A DNA stretch of 64,000 nucleotides, taken from positions 1 to 64,000 of IMG/VR virus record IMGVR_UViG_3300034117_001582; one strand, given 5' to 3'. A program made the translations under genes and the position numbers. The first letter of the stretch is position 1, and each line of letters begins with the position of its first letter. This document shows, in pieces, positions 28,098 through 39,048 of the stretch. The notes beneath the pieces are model-generated. The model had not been told where the DNA came from. It worked only from the letters and a program-made list of their open reading frames with translations, and searched no databases.

Positions 28098-28438
28098 ATT
28101 TTATCGATTGTGAAAAATTTATTTAGACCCATTAACAACAAGCTAATTTGATTTAAGTCGGTTGTTAAGATAAATACTTTATATGTTGAATCATTTTCTA
28201 TTTTTTTAAAATATATTAATACGTCGTAATTACCCCACCATATATTACCTTCTATATAATTAAATTCACTATGGTCATAAACCGTGAATGACCAAATTAC
28301 TTTATTCTTATTAGTTAAAATATTTAAACCATCTTTTGTGATGTTTCTTGTTCTAATAATATTAGGATATGTTTCAGTTTTAAACTTGTTTTTAAACGTT
28401 TCAAAAACATGGTCAGGGATTAATTTTTCATTTTCCAT
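28094..28438 (-). CDS. hypothetical protein
   Basis: ORF in run. Confidence 0.65.
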   Translation of the reverse strand: MENEKLIPDHVFETFKNKFKTETYPNIIRTRNITKDGLNILTNKNKVIWSFTVYDHSEFNYIEGNIWWGNYDVLIYFKKIENDSTYKVFILTTDLNQISLLLMGLNKFFTIDKI

Positions 28439-28459
28439 AAGATAATGATATAAATATAA

Positions 28460-30238
28460 TTACGGTAGTAAATCTTCAAAGTCTAAATTAGGTTCTACCG
28501 GTATACCCATAGGTCTGTAGTCATTCCAATTAGGTAATTCATCTTGCCAATAAGATAACTCAGGAGTATATGTATCCCAATGTGGTACCATAGAAATTAT
28601 TTTTGACCCATTAACCTCGGTCTCGTTATCAAATGTTGCCCGTTGTTCAATCTCTTTACCACTACGATATTTTTTAATCATCTTTGGTAGTTTTAAAGTT
28701 CCCGACTTATACATCAAATTGATATTTGCCAATTGTATTTTAGCAACATGTGAAAACTCAACTGATGGTGTTTCATTAAACTTTGCTCTTTCTTGGACAT
28801 TCAATATCTCATTTTTTCTATATTGGTATTCCACAGTAATTCTTTCATCGCTATCTGTTGATTCTTTACGGATTGAGAATATCAAACAATCTGGTCTTTC
28901 TGAATAACTACGAACACAATTTCGTTGGTGTTGTGATTCTTTTTCATAATCCATAGTTTTACGAAGAAGTACCGGGTAATATGTTTCTCCTTCGTGTTCG
29001 ATAGGTGTTTCTAAACTATCTACATCACCATAGAATCGTTCAACCTCACCTTTTCTATATGATTGTAAAAGACGACTAAACTCTTCGTGTTCTAAATTAA
29101 AACTACTGATGTTTGTGAACTTGAATTTTACATCTTCACCAAGATTTAATAAATCCCTTTTCATATCTAAATGGTCAAGTAATATTGACCACTTATTATG
29201 TCCGTAAAAGTATTTTATCAAGTCTAAAATTCTATCTTTTTCTTTTGAAGTTAAAGGTGTTGACATTCTATTATGTTGGTATTGATTATATTGATCATAA
29301 AAACATTCAAAAAATCTTCCCATTTTATTATCCTCTATTGGTATGCCGATTTCGTCGTTGCTATAATACTCGTAAAAGTATTTATTTTCAATTTTATTAA
29401 ATCTATCAATACCCAAAAGGTTGTAAGTCATATTCAATTTATCAAAGTCAACCCAATCCATTTCATTAAAAATCTGTTTAACTTTGGATCCTTTGAGTTT
29501 TAGTTTATCCATCGCGGTATCAACTAAGTTCATATCAAACTTCTTCAATTCTTTTTTAGAAAAGAATGTGCCTGTGAATTTTCTCCAATTGTTTGGGATT
29601 TTAATACCATTAACCAAATAGTAAGTTAAACTATAAAAAGACCTCATGCAATCCCACTGAAAGTTTTGTGGGTTTTCAATTCCCATTCTATCCCAAATCT
29701 TTTCTAAGAAAAAATAAAGATACTGGTCTACTTTAACACTTTCATCAATTATAAGATTTCTTAAAAAACTTTCAATTGCAAAATATGTTGGGTTTACCTT
29801 CATACTGCCCCCAATAACTTTCTTTTTTTTAGTGGAGAATGTTCCTGAATAAAACATTTTCTTTTTGAAATTGAAGGTAAGGTAGTTTGTGGACTTTCTT
29901 TCTGAGAAGTACTTGGACCCTACACCTCTACTTTTTCGGTGAGTCTGAAATTTTATTGATATCTTATCATCGCCTTCTTCTATAAATAATCTTTGTCTAT
30001 TAAAATTAACTGTAGCACATGGATTTCCAAAATTTTTAACAAAATCTTCTTCTGTAAAACATTGGGTATCAGAAAAAAATCTGTCCCCATTTTTGGTAAC
30101 ATATAAGTTTAGTAAATTTTTATATCCAAGACTATTTGTGTCTTTTTGAGATATGTTGCAAAAATTATGATATAGTTCAGTCCTATAACTTTTTTTCTCA
30201 ACTAACTTATGAAATGTTTTACCTTCTACTTCTAACAT
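28460..30238 (-). CDS. PcfJ-domain protein
   Basis: ESQHQRNCVRSY...IFSIR...TVE...Q.RAKFN. Confidence 0.75.
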   Translation of the reverse strand: MLEVEGKTFHKLVEKKSYRTELYHNFCNISQKDTNSLGYKNLLNLYVTKNGDRFFSDTQCFTEEDFVKNFGNPCATVNFNRQRLFIEEGDDKISIKFQTHRKSRGVGSKYFSERKSTNYLTFNFKKKMFYSGTFSTKKKKVIGGSMKVNPTYFAIESFLRNLIIDESVKVDQYLYFFLEKIWDRMGIENPQNFQWDCMRSFYSLTYYLVNGIKIPNNWRKFTGTFFSKKELKKFDMNLVDTAMDKLKLKGSKVKQIFNEMDWVDFDKLNMTYNLLGIDRFNKIENKYFYEYYSNDEIGIPIEDNKMGRFFECFYDQYNQYQHNRMSTPLTSKEKDRILDLIKYFYGHNKWSILLDHLDMKRDLLNLGEDVKFKFTNISSFNLEHEEFSRLLQSYRKGEVERFYGDVDSLETPIEHEGETYYPVLLRKTMDYEKESQHQRNCVRSYSERPDCLIFSIRKESTDSDERITVEYQYRKNEILNVQERAKFNETPSVEFSHVAKIQLANINLMYKSGTLKLPKMIKKYRSGKEIEQRATFDNETEVNGSKIISMVPHWDTYTPELSYWQDELPNWNDYRPMGIPVEPNLDFEDLLP

Positions 30239-30251
30239 AAAACAAAGATAC

Positions 30252-30280
30252 AAAAAACCCCCGACTTATTCAACCGGGGG
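30252..30280 (-). terminator. intrinsic terminator
   Basis: CCCCCG..CGGGGG with minus-strand U tract. Confidence 0.65.
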
Positions 30281-30292
30281 ATAGATATTTTT

Positions 30293-30580
30293 TTAATTCA
30301 TAATGATTTTACCCATGTGGTGTTCCATAAACGGTATGACCACATCTGTAATTTGTTTTTTGTTTTTGTTGGTGTTCATTCCAACTAACAAATCAACCAT
30401 TTGTTTTCGTGTTGGTACAATTTCCTTTTCATCTAATAAGTTTTTTTCTGCGATACTTTTAATCTCAGAATAAAAGTCTTCAGGATTAATTTCACCAATT
30501 AAAATTTTTAACTGGTCCGGATTTTTTTTAAAGAATCCAACAAAATTGTTCATGTAAATTTCAATATCAACGTTTCCCAT
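30293..30580 (-). CDS. hypothetical protein
   Basis: ORF. Confidence 0.65.
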   Translation of the reverse strand: MGNVDIEIYMNNFVGFFKKNPDQLKILIGEINPEDFYSEIKSIAEKNLLDEKEIVPTRKQMVDLLVGMNTNKNKKQITDVVIPFMEHHMGKIIMN

Positions 30581-30622
30581 AACTTATAATTTAAAAAAAC
30601 AAATATAATAAACTTTAACCAA

Positions 30623-31990
30623 TTAAACAAATAAATGTACTTCATCCGTGTCTACTCTTGCTTGTAAACTTACTGGAATAGCGTTTTGATTACTTCCCTT
30701 AATGTTAACAACTGAAAGTCTTGGCATACTACCAATACATTCCGGTAGTCTTTGTAAATTAGGGTTTTCAGGTAACGACAAGAATTGTAATTTTTGTAAG
30801 TTACAAATAGTGTCAGGTATGGAAGCGACACAACCAACCAAGTGGATTGCTGTTAATTCTCTAAAATTACCTATGGATGCCGGAATATTTAAATCTAATT
30901 TTGATCCTGACTTAGCAATAAACTCAAGTCTTTGGATTGTTTCTGGTAAAGTTTCAAAGAATTCATCGAATCCGTAAAGTGCAATAAATTTAGATGAAGA
31001 ATCTCCAGGGTAGTTAACCGTCACCTTTTTACCTTCATTCGCAGTTAAACCTTTCATGAATTGTGGTTTGAAATATTCTTTCATCCCTTCTTCATTAGTA
31101 TTTAAGAAATCAACCAAATCAATTTGTCTATCCGATGGATCCATATACTGATTTGATGGGAAGTGGAATTGGTAACGAAGTGCCGGAAGTCCAGAAACAT
31201 CACCATATTCTTTATCTCCTGTATGTTTTTGACCTTTGTTTGGAATAACAACATATAATGGTCCGTCTTTAATATAACGGTCAAACCAAGTTAAACCAGG
31301 TGATGATGTACACCATCTAGTTTCACCTTTACCCGGCTCTTGATATGAACCACCATAAAAACATGCAGCATCCTTACCCAATTGGCCTTTGTCCTCAATC
31401 TTAACGATAGTCCAATCTTGTCCACGATAAACAACATCACCACCTGGATGTTGGTATGTTTTTGATGCTTCTTTTTTCTCGTCTTTAGTTGCTTTAGTTT
31501 TATCTAAACTGAAGTCTTTAACTTGGTCGTATAAAGTTGCTGGTGTTAATTTATTGATGTCTCTTGCCTCTTGTGGTAAACGATTCTTAAATCTTTCAAA
31601 TTTTTGTAAATCACCAGTAACTTTATATAAATCCTCCAAGAACAAATCTTGGAATTGCTTTAAAGCTGATTTATATTGACCTGATTTTGGATCAGAAACC
31701 TTTAATGGGTGGTCAGCAGGTAAAGACGGCATTGTAAAGTTTTTCAATATCCATTGAGCATATTTACCAATCTTAACATTTTCCATGTCTTCAGGTCTAA
31801 GTTCATCAATATCTTTTCCTTCAGGGAATCTTGATGTAGGGTCAGCAGCAATTATAGCCACTAACGTTTCGAAAGGTAACAACCCTTTTGAACCCTTTTC
31901 TTTTGGTTTTACAAATTTGTCGAATAAAACTTGAAATCTTGAACTCTCAATAATTAAGTCTTTAAGTATGCTGGTAAATCGAATAGCCAT
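30623..31990 (-). CDS. leader-bearing protein with TRWCT domain and C-terminal leucine-rich repeats
   Basis: IPASIGNFREL / IPDTICNLQKLQFLSL / LPECIGSMPRL. Confidence 0.8.
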   Translation of the reverse strand: MAIRFTSILKDLIIESSRFQVLFDKFVKPKEKGSKGLLPFETLVAIIAADPTSRFPEGKDIDELRPEDMENVKIGKYAQWILKNFTMPSLPADHPLKVSDPKSGQYKSALKQFQDLFLEDLYKVTGDLQKFERFKNRLPQEARDINKLTPATLYDQVKDFSLDKTKATKDEKKEASKTYQHPGGDVVYRGQDWTIVKIEDKGQLGKDAACFYGGSYQEPGKGETRWCTSSPGLTWFDRYIKDGPLYVVIPNKGQKHTGDKEYGDVSGLPALRYQFHFPSNQYMDPSDRQIDLVDFLNTNEEGMKEYFKPQFMKGLTANEGKKVTVNYPGDSSSKFIALYGFDEFFETLPETIQRLEFIAKSGSKLDLNIPASIGNFRELTAIHLVGCVASIPDTICNLQKLQFLSLPENPNLQRLPECIGSMPRLSVVNIKGSNQNAIPVSLQARVDTDEVHLFV

Positions 31991-32040
31991 TGTCGTATAT
32001 TTTATTATATAAATATTACAAAGTTAAGAAAAACAATAAA

Positions 32041-32880
32041 TTAGTAGTTCATTATTAATAGTTCTTCACCCATATTTTGTTTTGTTCCTTTTTTTGCTGC
32101 CGCCGCTTTAGCAAACTCTTTCTTTTCCCAACGATATTGTTCTTCAGGGAACCATTCATGTAATAACTCAAAATCGTAGTAAGATAAACTAAACTTACCT
32201 TTAATATTGTGTAGAACGTTTGCAAGTCTTTCATGGTCTTCTCTGTCGAAGTCATGGTTATTGTAATAGTTTTCCGTTTTCCAATATGGTGGGTCCAAAT
32301 AAATATATGTTGTTGGTGAGTCATACTTTGCAATCACATCTGCAAAGTCCATATTCTCAACCTCAGTTATTTTCAAGAAATGTTCAACCCATTCAGGTTT
32401 AGACAACTTGTCTCTAAATGTAAGGTACTTTGATTTGTATTTACCTTTTAAGTCAATGAATGAACTGGTTTCAGGTTTACTACCACTAAATACTTGTGTT
32501 AACACATAAGCATACTTTGCAGCCACATCATAATTGCCAGGTTCTACGCTGAAATTTTCAGCAAATATTTCAGCCTGAAACCTTACAAACTGTTCTTTAT
32601 ATATAGATGGCGTGATATCCTCACCAAATTGTTGACATGGTATAGCATTAATCGATTCCAATAGTCTTTCAGGATTCTTGACACATTGAAATAAATTATA
32701 GTTAAGTGGGTTGAAGTCGTTATAGACAACTTTCTTAAGATTTGCGAATAGTTTTAAGTCCATGTTAAAGAAACACCAAAACATACCTCCAAATGTTTCT
32801 ACGTATGTTTCCATATCCTCAGGATAGAAAGGGACTATCCACTTTCCAATTTTACTCTTACCTCCAATGTATGATAGCAT
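32041..32880 (-). CDS. dam: DNA adenine methyltransferase (Dam/D12 class)
   Basis: YIGGKS, ETFGG, DPPY. Confidence 0.88.
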   Translation of the reverse strand: MLSYIGGKSKIGKWIVPFYPEDMETYVETFGGMFWCFFNMDLKLFANLKKVVYNDFNPLNYNLFQCVKNPERLLESINAIPCQQFGEDITPSIYKEQFVRFQAEIFAENFSVEPGNYDVAAKYAYVLTQVFSGSKPETSSFIDLKGKYKSKYLTFRDKLSKPEWVEHFLKITEVENMDFADVIAKYDSPTTYIYLDPPYWKTENYYNNHDFDREDHERLANVLHNIKGKFSLSYYDFELLHEWFPEEQYRWEKKEFAKAAAAKKGTKQNMGEELLIMNY

Positions 32881-32955
32881 ATTTTTTTATTTAAAGTTAA
32901 TTGTTTTTTGTTTATATGTCAAACTTTTGTATTTATTATTATAAAAAATATAACA

Positions 32956-33117
32956 ATGGAAAAAAAAGAAGCAACACAAGTAACAGGATGTAAACAATGT
33001 CAAAAAGGTTTAAGTACCACACAAAAAGGTTTAGTTGTGCTATCTATGTATATTTTAGGTACATCGGTCTTTGGGACTATTGAATTAATCAAATATTTAG
33101 TTGAATTCCTTAAGTAA
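32956..33117 (+). CDS. small membrane protein with CxxC
   Basis: GCKQCQ + TM; upstream TATTTAT. Confidence 0.6.
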   Translation: MEKKEATQVTGCKQCQKGLSTTQKGLVVLSMYILGTSVFGTIELIKYLVEFLK

Positions 33118-34092
33118 TTCTTCTAATTTTTGTTGAACCTCATCGGGTAACTCATATTCATTTGTTACCGCAACTTTTATGTAGAAATCACCACTACCGT
33201 CGTTTGCTCTATACCCCTTCTTAAGTAATCTTAATGGTTTTTCAGTGTTCAAATTTCTTGGTATATTAATCATTAAATCACCATCAGGATGAGGTACTAA
33301 AATTTGTTTTTTAGTTAACACATCTATTGCTGTTATTTTTTTATAATATATTAAATCCATCCCAATTTTTTCAAAGTCATCAACTTTATTCACCTCAACC
33401 TTTAAAATTAAATCCCCCCTTAGTCTTACACCAGGATTATAATCCCCCTTCCCTGCAACACGCATAAAGTTACCATTGTCCACATTTTTAGGAATACTAA
33501 CCACCAAATTTTCTGTTTTTTTAATTTTACCGTGACCACCACAAGAAATGCAAGGTTTAGATATGATTGTACCATTACCCATACAAGTAGGACAATTGGT
33601 TTGGTAAACTTGTTGGAACATTCCTGTCCCTACCTTTTGCATAATAAATCCCTGACCATTACAATTATTACAAACACTTCTTTCACCACCACTACTGTCA
33701 CATGGTTTACAATGGTCAAAATACTCATATTTAATATCTTTTTTAATACCACCATACGACTCAATAGGGGTTATTGATACCGTCATAATCTTATCGGGAG
33801 CCATTGGTTTGTGTTGTTGTCTTTGTCCTCCCATCATCTGTTCAAACACCGAACTGAAATCAAAAGAATCTCCACCCATACCCGCAAATGGGTTATTTTT
33901 TTTATTATCGTAGTCCCTTCTTTTATTTTCATCACCTATACCTTCATAGGCCTCAGCAACTTCTTTAAATTTTTCTTCTCCGTTTGGGTTTACATCGGGA
34001 TGGTATTGCTTACTTAATTGTCTATAGGCCTTTTTAATTTCGTCCTGAGTGGCGGTTTCAGAAACACCCAATATATTATAATAATTTTTCAT
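33097..34092 (-). CDS. dnaJ: DnaJ chaperone
   Basis: J domain with HPD, CxxCxGxG repeats, C-terminal domain. Confidence 0.95.
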   Translation of the reverse strand: MKNYYNILGVSETATQDEIKKAYRQLSKQYHPDVNPNGEEKFKEVAEAYEGIGDENKRRDYDNKKNNPFAGMGGDSFDFSSVFEQMMGGQRQQHKPMAPDKIMTVSITPIESYGGIKKDIKYEYFDHCKPCDSSGGERSVCNNCNGQGFIMQKVGTGMFQQVYQTNCPTCMGNGTIISKPCISCGGHGKIKKTENLVVSIPKNVDNGNFMRVAGKGDYNPGVRLRGDLILKVEVNKVDDFEKIGMDLIYYKKITAIDVLTKKQILVPHPDGDLMINIPRNLNTEKPLRLLKKGYRANDGSGDFYIKVAVTNEYELPDEVQQKLEELLKEFN

Positions 34093-34732
34093 GAAGGATA
34101 ACTACTTAATTGTTTTATTTAAAAATAAGAAAAGAAAAAAAATTATCAAACGTTACTCAACAGAAAAAAACGCCACTGATAGTTTTAATCGTCTAATTAA
34201 AGAAAATAATATCTTATTCGATAAGGTAATTGAAAATGCGACACCAGTCAATTATGAAATTGGTTTATTATCTAAGGACTCTAGTTTTCAAAAAAGTTTA
34301 TTCATAACTGACGATATGGGTAGAAATAACCCCGTAAATTTAGAAGACCCTGAATATGTGTTTTTAGATATTAAATCATATAGACTAGAGGAGACTATTT
34401 TTGATTGGCAAACAAAATTAAAAATAACTTTAGAACAATTAATTAAGAAATATTGTAAATCTAAAGACTTGAAAAATATTTTTACATTACATAATAAACT
34501 ATGTATTCAAATTAATGAAGACGTTTCAACCTTTTCATTAAAAAATAAAGAGGAATCTGATAGACTCCTCGATGCTTTACAAAATGCATTTTTAGAATTA
34601 AACCGAGCAGATGCCATTTTTGTTCGTGACGTGTCAAATGCTCAAAGAAAATGGTTATACCAAATTTTAGAAGATAAAGGATTTGATAAAAAAAGACTTT
34701 ATAGGTTAAAAACTACTTTTTCGAAAAGGTAA
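34091..34732 (+). CDS. hypothetical protein
   Basis: 213 aa ORF. Confidence 0.7.
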   Translation: MKDNYLIVLFKNKKRKKIIKRYSTEKNATDSFNRLIKENNILFDKVIENATPVNYEIGLLSKDSSFQKSLFITDDMGRNNPVNLEDPEYVFLDIKSYRLEETIFDWQTKLKITLEQLIKKYCKSKDLKNIFTLHNKLCIQINEDVSTFSLKNKEESDRLLDALQNAFLELNRADAIFVRDVSNAQRKWLYQILEDKGFDKKRLYRLKTTFSKR

Positions 34733-34934
34733 AATCAACATTACCTATTGATACAACACATTTGGTGTCATTTGATTGGTAGTTTAATGTCCTCATTAAA
34801 CTTTGGTATTTGGTTTCATCTAACGTAACATTCACTTGAATGTCTCCGTCATTTATAAATGTGTTTTCTAATATTTCTACCGCCTCGGCTAGTTTGGTTA
34901 ACTGATCCCTAAAGTTCTCAATATCCTTTGCCAT
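34713..34934 (-). CDS. hypothetical protein
   Basis: ORF. Confidence 0.6.
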   Translation of the reverse strand: MAKDIENFRDQLTKLAEAVEILENTFINDGDIQVNVTLDETKYQSLMRTLNYQSNDTKCVVSIGNVDFTFSKK

Positions 34935-35110
34935 ATGGTATATTTTTTATCAACAAATTCTGTATTTTTTATTTCGTTCCGGTCAAAAGATTTAAGTTCT
35001 GACGATAGTTTGTTTTTAAACTTCTCGTTTTCCAACTGATCCCTTTTTCTTTCTTCATCAAGCTGACTTAGCCCCTTCAGTAACTCCGGCGTTATTTTCC
35101 TCTGGTTCAT
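34898..35110 (-). CDS. hypothetical protein
   Basis: ORF. Confidence 0.55.
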   Translation of the reverse strand: MNQRKITPELLKGLSQLDEERKRDQLENEKFKNKLSSELKSFDRNEIKNTEFVDKKYTIWQRILRTLGIS

Positions 35111-35492
35111 TTTGTAACAAATTAGTTAGTTCTTCAACATCAAATTTTAATCCTTTTAAGTTCTCCAAGTTTTTTGTTTCAAAAATACTTTTTAACTCTT
35201 GCACTTTCAACTTAAATAGTTTTTCTTTTTCTTCTCTTTCAACATTTGTTTTAATTATCTTATCAACTGACGTTTCAATAGCATCAATTAGATTAAGTTT
35301 ATTCTCACAAACAAAAGACGTAACTATTTTATCGTCTTTATCGTTGTTTTGTAATATTTCAACACCTTCAGGTAGTTTTTTTAACATAACCCATGTGGTT
35401 GGAAATAACATATCAAAAGTGATGTAGTTTTTCAATACCCTTACAGAGTTTAAATACTTAGATGTTTTGGATACAAATTGACTATAAATCAT
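35058..35492 (-). CDS. hypothetical protein
   Basis: ORF. Confidence 0.7.
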   Translation of the reverse strand: MIYSQFVSKTSKYLNSVRVLKNYITFDMLFPTTWVMLKKLPEGVEILQNNDKDDKIVTSFVCENKLNLIDAIETSVDKIIKTNVEREEKEKLFKLKVQELKSIFETKNLENLKGLKFDVEELTNLLQNEPEENNAGVTEGAKSA

Positions 35493-35686
35493 ATTATTTG
35501 GTAAATTAAAAATGTTATTATATATGTTATGAATAATCCGTAAACGACTAACTCCATAGTTGTAATCTCAAAGGGTTTTGGTGGGTTTGATAAAAGTGAT
35601 TTAAAAAACCCACCGATTAACCTAATAGTTGCCAATATTGAGAATACAAAAATAAAGGTACTATAAAATCCAATCAGATTAAGCAT
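35489..35686 (-). CDS. small 2-TM membrane protein
   Basis: hydrophobic segments. Confidence 0.65.
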   Translation of the reverse strand: MLNLIGFYSTFIFVFSILATIRLIGGFFKSLLSNPPKPFEITTMELVVYGLFITYIITFLIYQII

Positions 35687-35861
35687 CTTTATCTGACTTT
35701 GTGTGTGTTAAAATCTCACCTCTTAGTTTTTGTACCGCCGCTTTTAATTCTTGTGAAAGTTTTCTCGCTCTAGTTCCTGCAGATTTATTTCCACTATAAA
35801 ATTTTGTAGTGTCTACTGATAATGCTTCAACTAAGTTTTTAATTTCTTCTAATGTTTCCAT
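35679..35861 (-). CDS. histone H1-like Hc1-family small DNA-binding protein
   Basis: KFYSGNKSAGTRARK..QELK. Confidence 0.8.
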   Translation of the reverse strand: METLEEIKNLVEALSVDTTKFYSGNKSAGTRARKLSQELKAAVQKLRGEILTHTKSDKDA

Positions 35862-35929
35862 TTTTGTTTTTTTTAATGTAATTTATTTTATTTTAAAATT
35901 ATATTGTTTATCGGATATGTAAACAATTA

Positions 35930-36421
35930 TTATATTATTTTTAATGATCTTTCAAGTACTTTATATATGTCAGTAAACATCTCAATATCCGATTTTGTTT
36001 TATTAAACCCTCTATCAAATATTTGTTTAAAGAAGTTATTTATTTGGTCTTTAACTTTTTGGTCTGGTTGGTTATAAAATACCTCAAAAAAGAATGACTC
36101 AAAAAATTCAGAATCATCATTATTAAATTTAAAATCTATGGATTCTTTATTGAAGTTTTTAATGGTTTTATCCCAACACCATTTAAAGTGTTCTTTTTTT
36201 TGATTTGTGGTCATTCCCACTTTGGTTTCCTTATTATCATTAAAATCATCACCTAAATAAGTGTCTTTTAATAAATTTAAAAATGAAAAACAAAAATCCC
36301 TGAAAAGTTCTGTGAGTTCTGGAGTTATGTTATTAGCAAGATACCAAGCATTAATATCTTCTTTATCCATTGGTTTGGCTAACCAATCAAAAAAACGACC
36401 CATATTACTATTAGTTTCCAT
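35930..36421 (-). CDS. hypothetical protein
   Basis: 163 aa ORF. Confidence 0.7.
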   Translation of the reverse strand: METNSNMGRFFDWLAKPMDKEDINAWYLANNITPELTELFRDFCFSFLNLLKDTYLGDDFNDNKETKVGMTTNQKKEHFKWCWDKTIKNFNKESIDFKFNNDDSEFFESFFFEVFYNQPDQKVKDQINNFFKQIFDRGFNKTKSDIEMFTDIYKVLERSLKII

Positions 36422-36463
36422 GTACTAATGATAATATGGGTCCTTAATAAAATGAAGGTTTAA

Positions 36464-37804
36464 TTATTGTGTTTTTCGGTTATACCCTATTAAATTTTTA
36501 ATTTTTCCCATTTCTGAAATAACTTTTTTGTCTTCAGTAGATTCTTCAACCGCGTTTAAAACACTTTGTGCGGTTTTCTTACCTTTCATTGAGCCTTTCT
36601 TAGTTACGTCACCAGCAACCTCAATAGTGTCTTGTGGGTATCTCTTATATGACGCATTCATTTGTTCTTGACCATATAAGTTGTCATCATAATTCTTTTT
36701 GAATTTTTCACCAACTTTACTTGGTACAACATTACCTAATGGTTTACCTTCTTCATCAAATTCAGCATTTCCTGTGGTTCTATGACCCTTCAAATATTTT
36801 TCAATTTTCTTATCATCAGGCTTAATCTCATCATAAACAAGATTAGTCATACCAGGATATGAAAACGCATCGATATATTCATCAACCGCTTCTGATGGTG
36901 TATATTTTTTAAGTGATTCTTTTCTTTTATCCAAGTCATAATTTCCTTCAGGAAAGCTTGTTGGGTCCATTTCATAATCACCTTTAGAACCATCCTTTAG
37001 ATATTCTTTCATTTTTTTAGCAACACTTTTAATATAATTGTCATTTTCTTTTTTAGATTGACCTAAAGTAGATTTAAGTATATTTTGAGCACTTGGTGCT
37101 TTACCTTTTTTCTTTTCTTCTTTAACTATGTTTTCAATAATATCTATAATTTCAGATTCTGTAAAATAAACTTTAGATTCTTTTCTTAACATTTTAAAAT
37201 CTTCTCTATCAATTCTATTATTTTTGTTTCTATCAATTCTACTTTGATTTCCGTAAAGTTTTTCGTCTAATTCAAATTCCTCAGAATCTCCTTTTCTTAA
37301 CATTTTAAAATCTTCTCTATCAATTCTATTATTTTTGTTTCTATCAATTCTACTTTGATTTCCGTAAAGTTTTTCGTCTAATTCAATTTCATAAGTGTCT
37401 CCACATTCCTCACATACATCTTCGTCTATTTCTTCATCACCCATATCGGTATAACTATCAGATGCGTCATCATATCCTTCAGGTCCTCTATATGCAGGAC
37501 CATTTTCGCCTCTATAGTCATCACCTCTAAGAAGGTTTTCAATATCTTCAATAGACATTTTGTTTGGTAATCTTTTTTTACCTAATCTTGGGTGTCCGTC
37601 ATCCATACCGCCAAGTTCTTGAATGTTACCTTCGTACGTATTTCCACATTCTTCACACATTTCACCTTCGTTCATTTCTGAACCACATGATTCACACATT
37701 TTGGAACCTTCGTTTTCAAATAACCGGTTTTTAATATTTGAGATTCTACCTGAAAACTCTTCAGATACCACTCTATTTACGATTTTCATAATTTCTCTAT
37801 TCAT
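36464..37804 (-). CDS. acidic putative head/core protein with CxxC motifs and a duplicated EF-hand-like module
   Basis: CESCG/CEECG; ELDEKLYGNQSRIDRNKNNRIDREDFKMLRK twice; internal VYFTESEIIDIIENIVKEE. Confidence 0.7.
   Translation of the reverse strand: MNREIMKIVNRVVSEEFSGRISNIKNRLFENEGSKMCESCGSEMNEGEMCEECGNTYEGNIQELGGMDDGHPRLGKKRLPNKMSIEDIENLLRGDDYRGENGPAYRGPEGYDDASDSYTDMGDEEIDEDVCEECGDTYEIELDEKLYGNQSRIDRNKNNRIDREDFKMLRKGDSEEFELDEKLYGNQSRIDRNKNNRIDREDFKMLRKESKVYFTESEIIDIIENIVKEEKKKGKAPSAQNILKSTLGQSKKENDNYIKSVAKKMKEYLKDGSKGDYEMDPTSFPEGNYDLDKRKESLKKYTPSEAVDEYIDAFSYPGMTNLVYDEIKPDDKKIEKYLKGHRTTGNAEFDEEGKPLGNVVPSKVGEKFKKNYDDNLYGQEQMNASYKRYPQDTIEVAGDVTKKGSMKGKKTAQSVLNAVEESTEDKKVISEMGKIKNLIGYNRKTQ
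37180..37386. repeat. direct repeat of ~96 nt with 111-nt period
   Basis: 37180-37275 matches 37291-37386. Confidence 0.9.
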
Positions 37805-37825
37805 AACTAATAAATATCTTTAAGT

Positions 37826-38392
37826 TTATAAATCACCACCAAAGGATAATAATATAATATTTTTTATTTCATTTTCACTCAATCCGGTTCTTAATGATAC
37901 ATTTTTTATTGCTTCATTAAGTTTAGCGGTTTTAGATATATTCAATGCCTTTATATCCCCCTGATTACAATATGGGAAAGTTTTACATTCTTTTTTCACT
38001 GATACAAATCCACCTCCCGGTATTTGTGTTTGTTTCCATGAACGCCCCTTACCTTTTAAAGTATTACCTTTCATGTTAACATCTTGAAACCCAGGAACAT
38101 CATACGCACCAACAGAACCTGACCCGGTGGCTTCAGTTGCTTCTATTTTTTTAGGACAAACACATTTAGATTTTACTCTATCGCAACTATCACAATATTC
38201 TTCTTCCCTAACCTCTTTAACTTTTGGTCTTTTGTATTCATTTCTAGCCACGTCATCTTTAGCAAACATACTAAATGCTGGTCCACTATAACCACCAGCA
38301 GAGGACGCCCCTGTCGCTTCTTTTGGTTCTTCTTTTTTCTTTTTTAACGCTTCGGTAATTAAAGAATGGATATACTCTTTGTTTGTTATCAT
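37826..38392 (-). CDS. hypothetical protein (EATG repeats, Cys motifs)
   Basis: EATGASSAGGY / EATGSGSVGAY. Confidence 0.7.
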   Translation of the reverse strand: MITNKEYIHSLITEALKKKKEEPKEATGASSAGGYSGPAFSMFAKDDVARNEYKRPKVKEVREEEYCDSCDRVKSKCVCPKKIEATEATGSGSVGAYDVPGFQDVNMKGNTLKGKGRSWKQTQIPGGGFVSVKKECKTFPYCNQGDIKALNISKTAKLNEAIKNVSLRTGLSENEIKNIILLSFGGDL

Positions 38393-38637
38393 TTCACATT
38401 TTTTAATGCTGTCTGCCATTGGTTCTTTTTAGACCACAAATGGTAATAGAACTCCGTCATGATCTTAACGACAATATCATTTATGTCACCCCTTAAGGTT
38501 CCGTTTTTAATTTCTTTTTTTAACATATCAACAATAGATTTTTCGTACTGTTTAACCGTACTAGCTTTAAGGAAATCTTTAATCTCCTGTCTAACAATAG
38601 TTTCTACTTGTTTTTTATCTTGTTGCGAAAGTGCCAT
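38389..38637 (-). CDS. hypothetical protein
   Basis: ORF. Confidence 0.65.
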   Translation of the reverse strand: MALSQQDKKQVETIVRQEIKDFLKASTVKQYEKSIVDMLKKEIKNGTLRGDINDIVVKIMTEFYYHLWSKKNQWQTALKNVK

Positions 38638-39047
38638 TATTTTAGTACGGAAAATACGGTTAATGTGGTTAACAATACTCCACCTATAATTTGTATAAAT
38701 GTGTTTTTTGTTTTTAATTTTTTAACTTCTTTTCTTAAATCTTGATTTTGTGTTTCTACAATACCAAACTTTTCTTTTTCTTTTTCAATTTGTAATTCGT
38801 AGTTTTTTTCTTTTTGTTCCATAGTGGTAATTATAATACCTTGAACGTCAACTTTCTTTTGTGTTTGAAACAATTCAGTTATTGTTAACTTATGGGCCGC
38901 AGTTAAAGAATCCAAACGATTTAAATCTAACGCCATTTGTTTTGCCACCTTGTAAGGAATACAAATAGTCGTCGTATCTACGTTTCCTTTTTGTGAAAAT
39001 GCCATTACCGGTAAAACCAACAATAACATAAGTAATAATTTTTTCAT
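38637..39047 (-). CDS. signal peptide + coiled coil + C-terminal TM (spanin-like candidate)
   Basis: MKKLLLMLLLVLPVMAFSQ; terminal hydrophobic helix. Confidence 0.55.
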   Translation of the reverse strand: MKKLLLMLLLVLPVMAFSQKGNVDTTTICIPYKVAKQMALDLNRLDSLTAAHKLTITELFQTQKKVDVQGIIITTMEQKEKNYELQIEKEKEKFGIVETQNQDLRKEVKKLKTKNTFIQIIGGVLLTTLTVFSVLK

Positions 39048-39048
39048 T

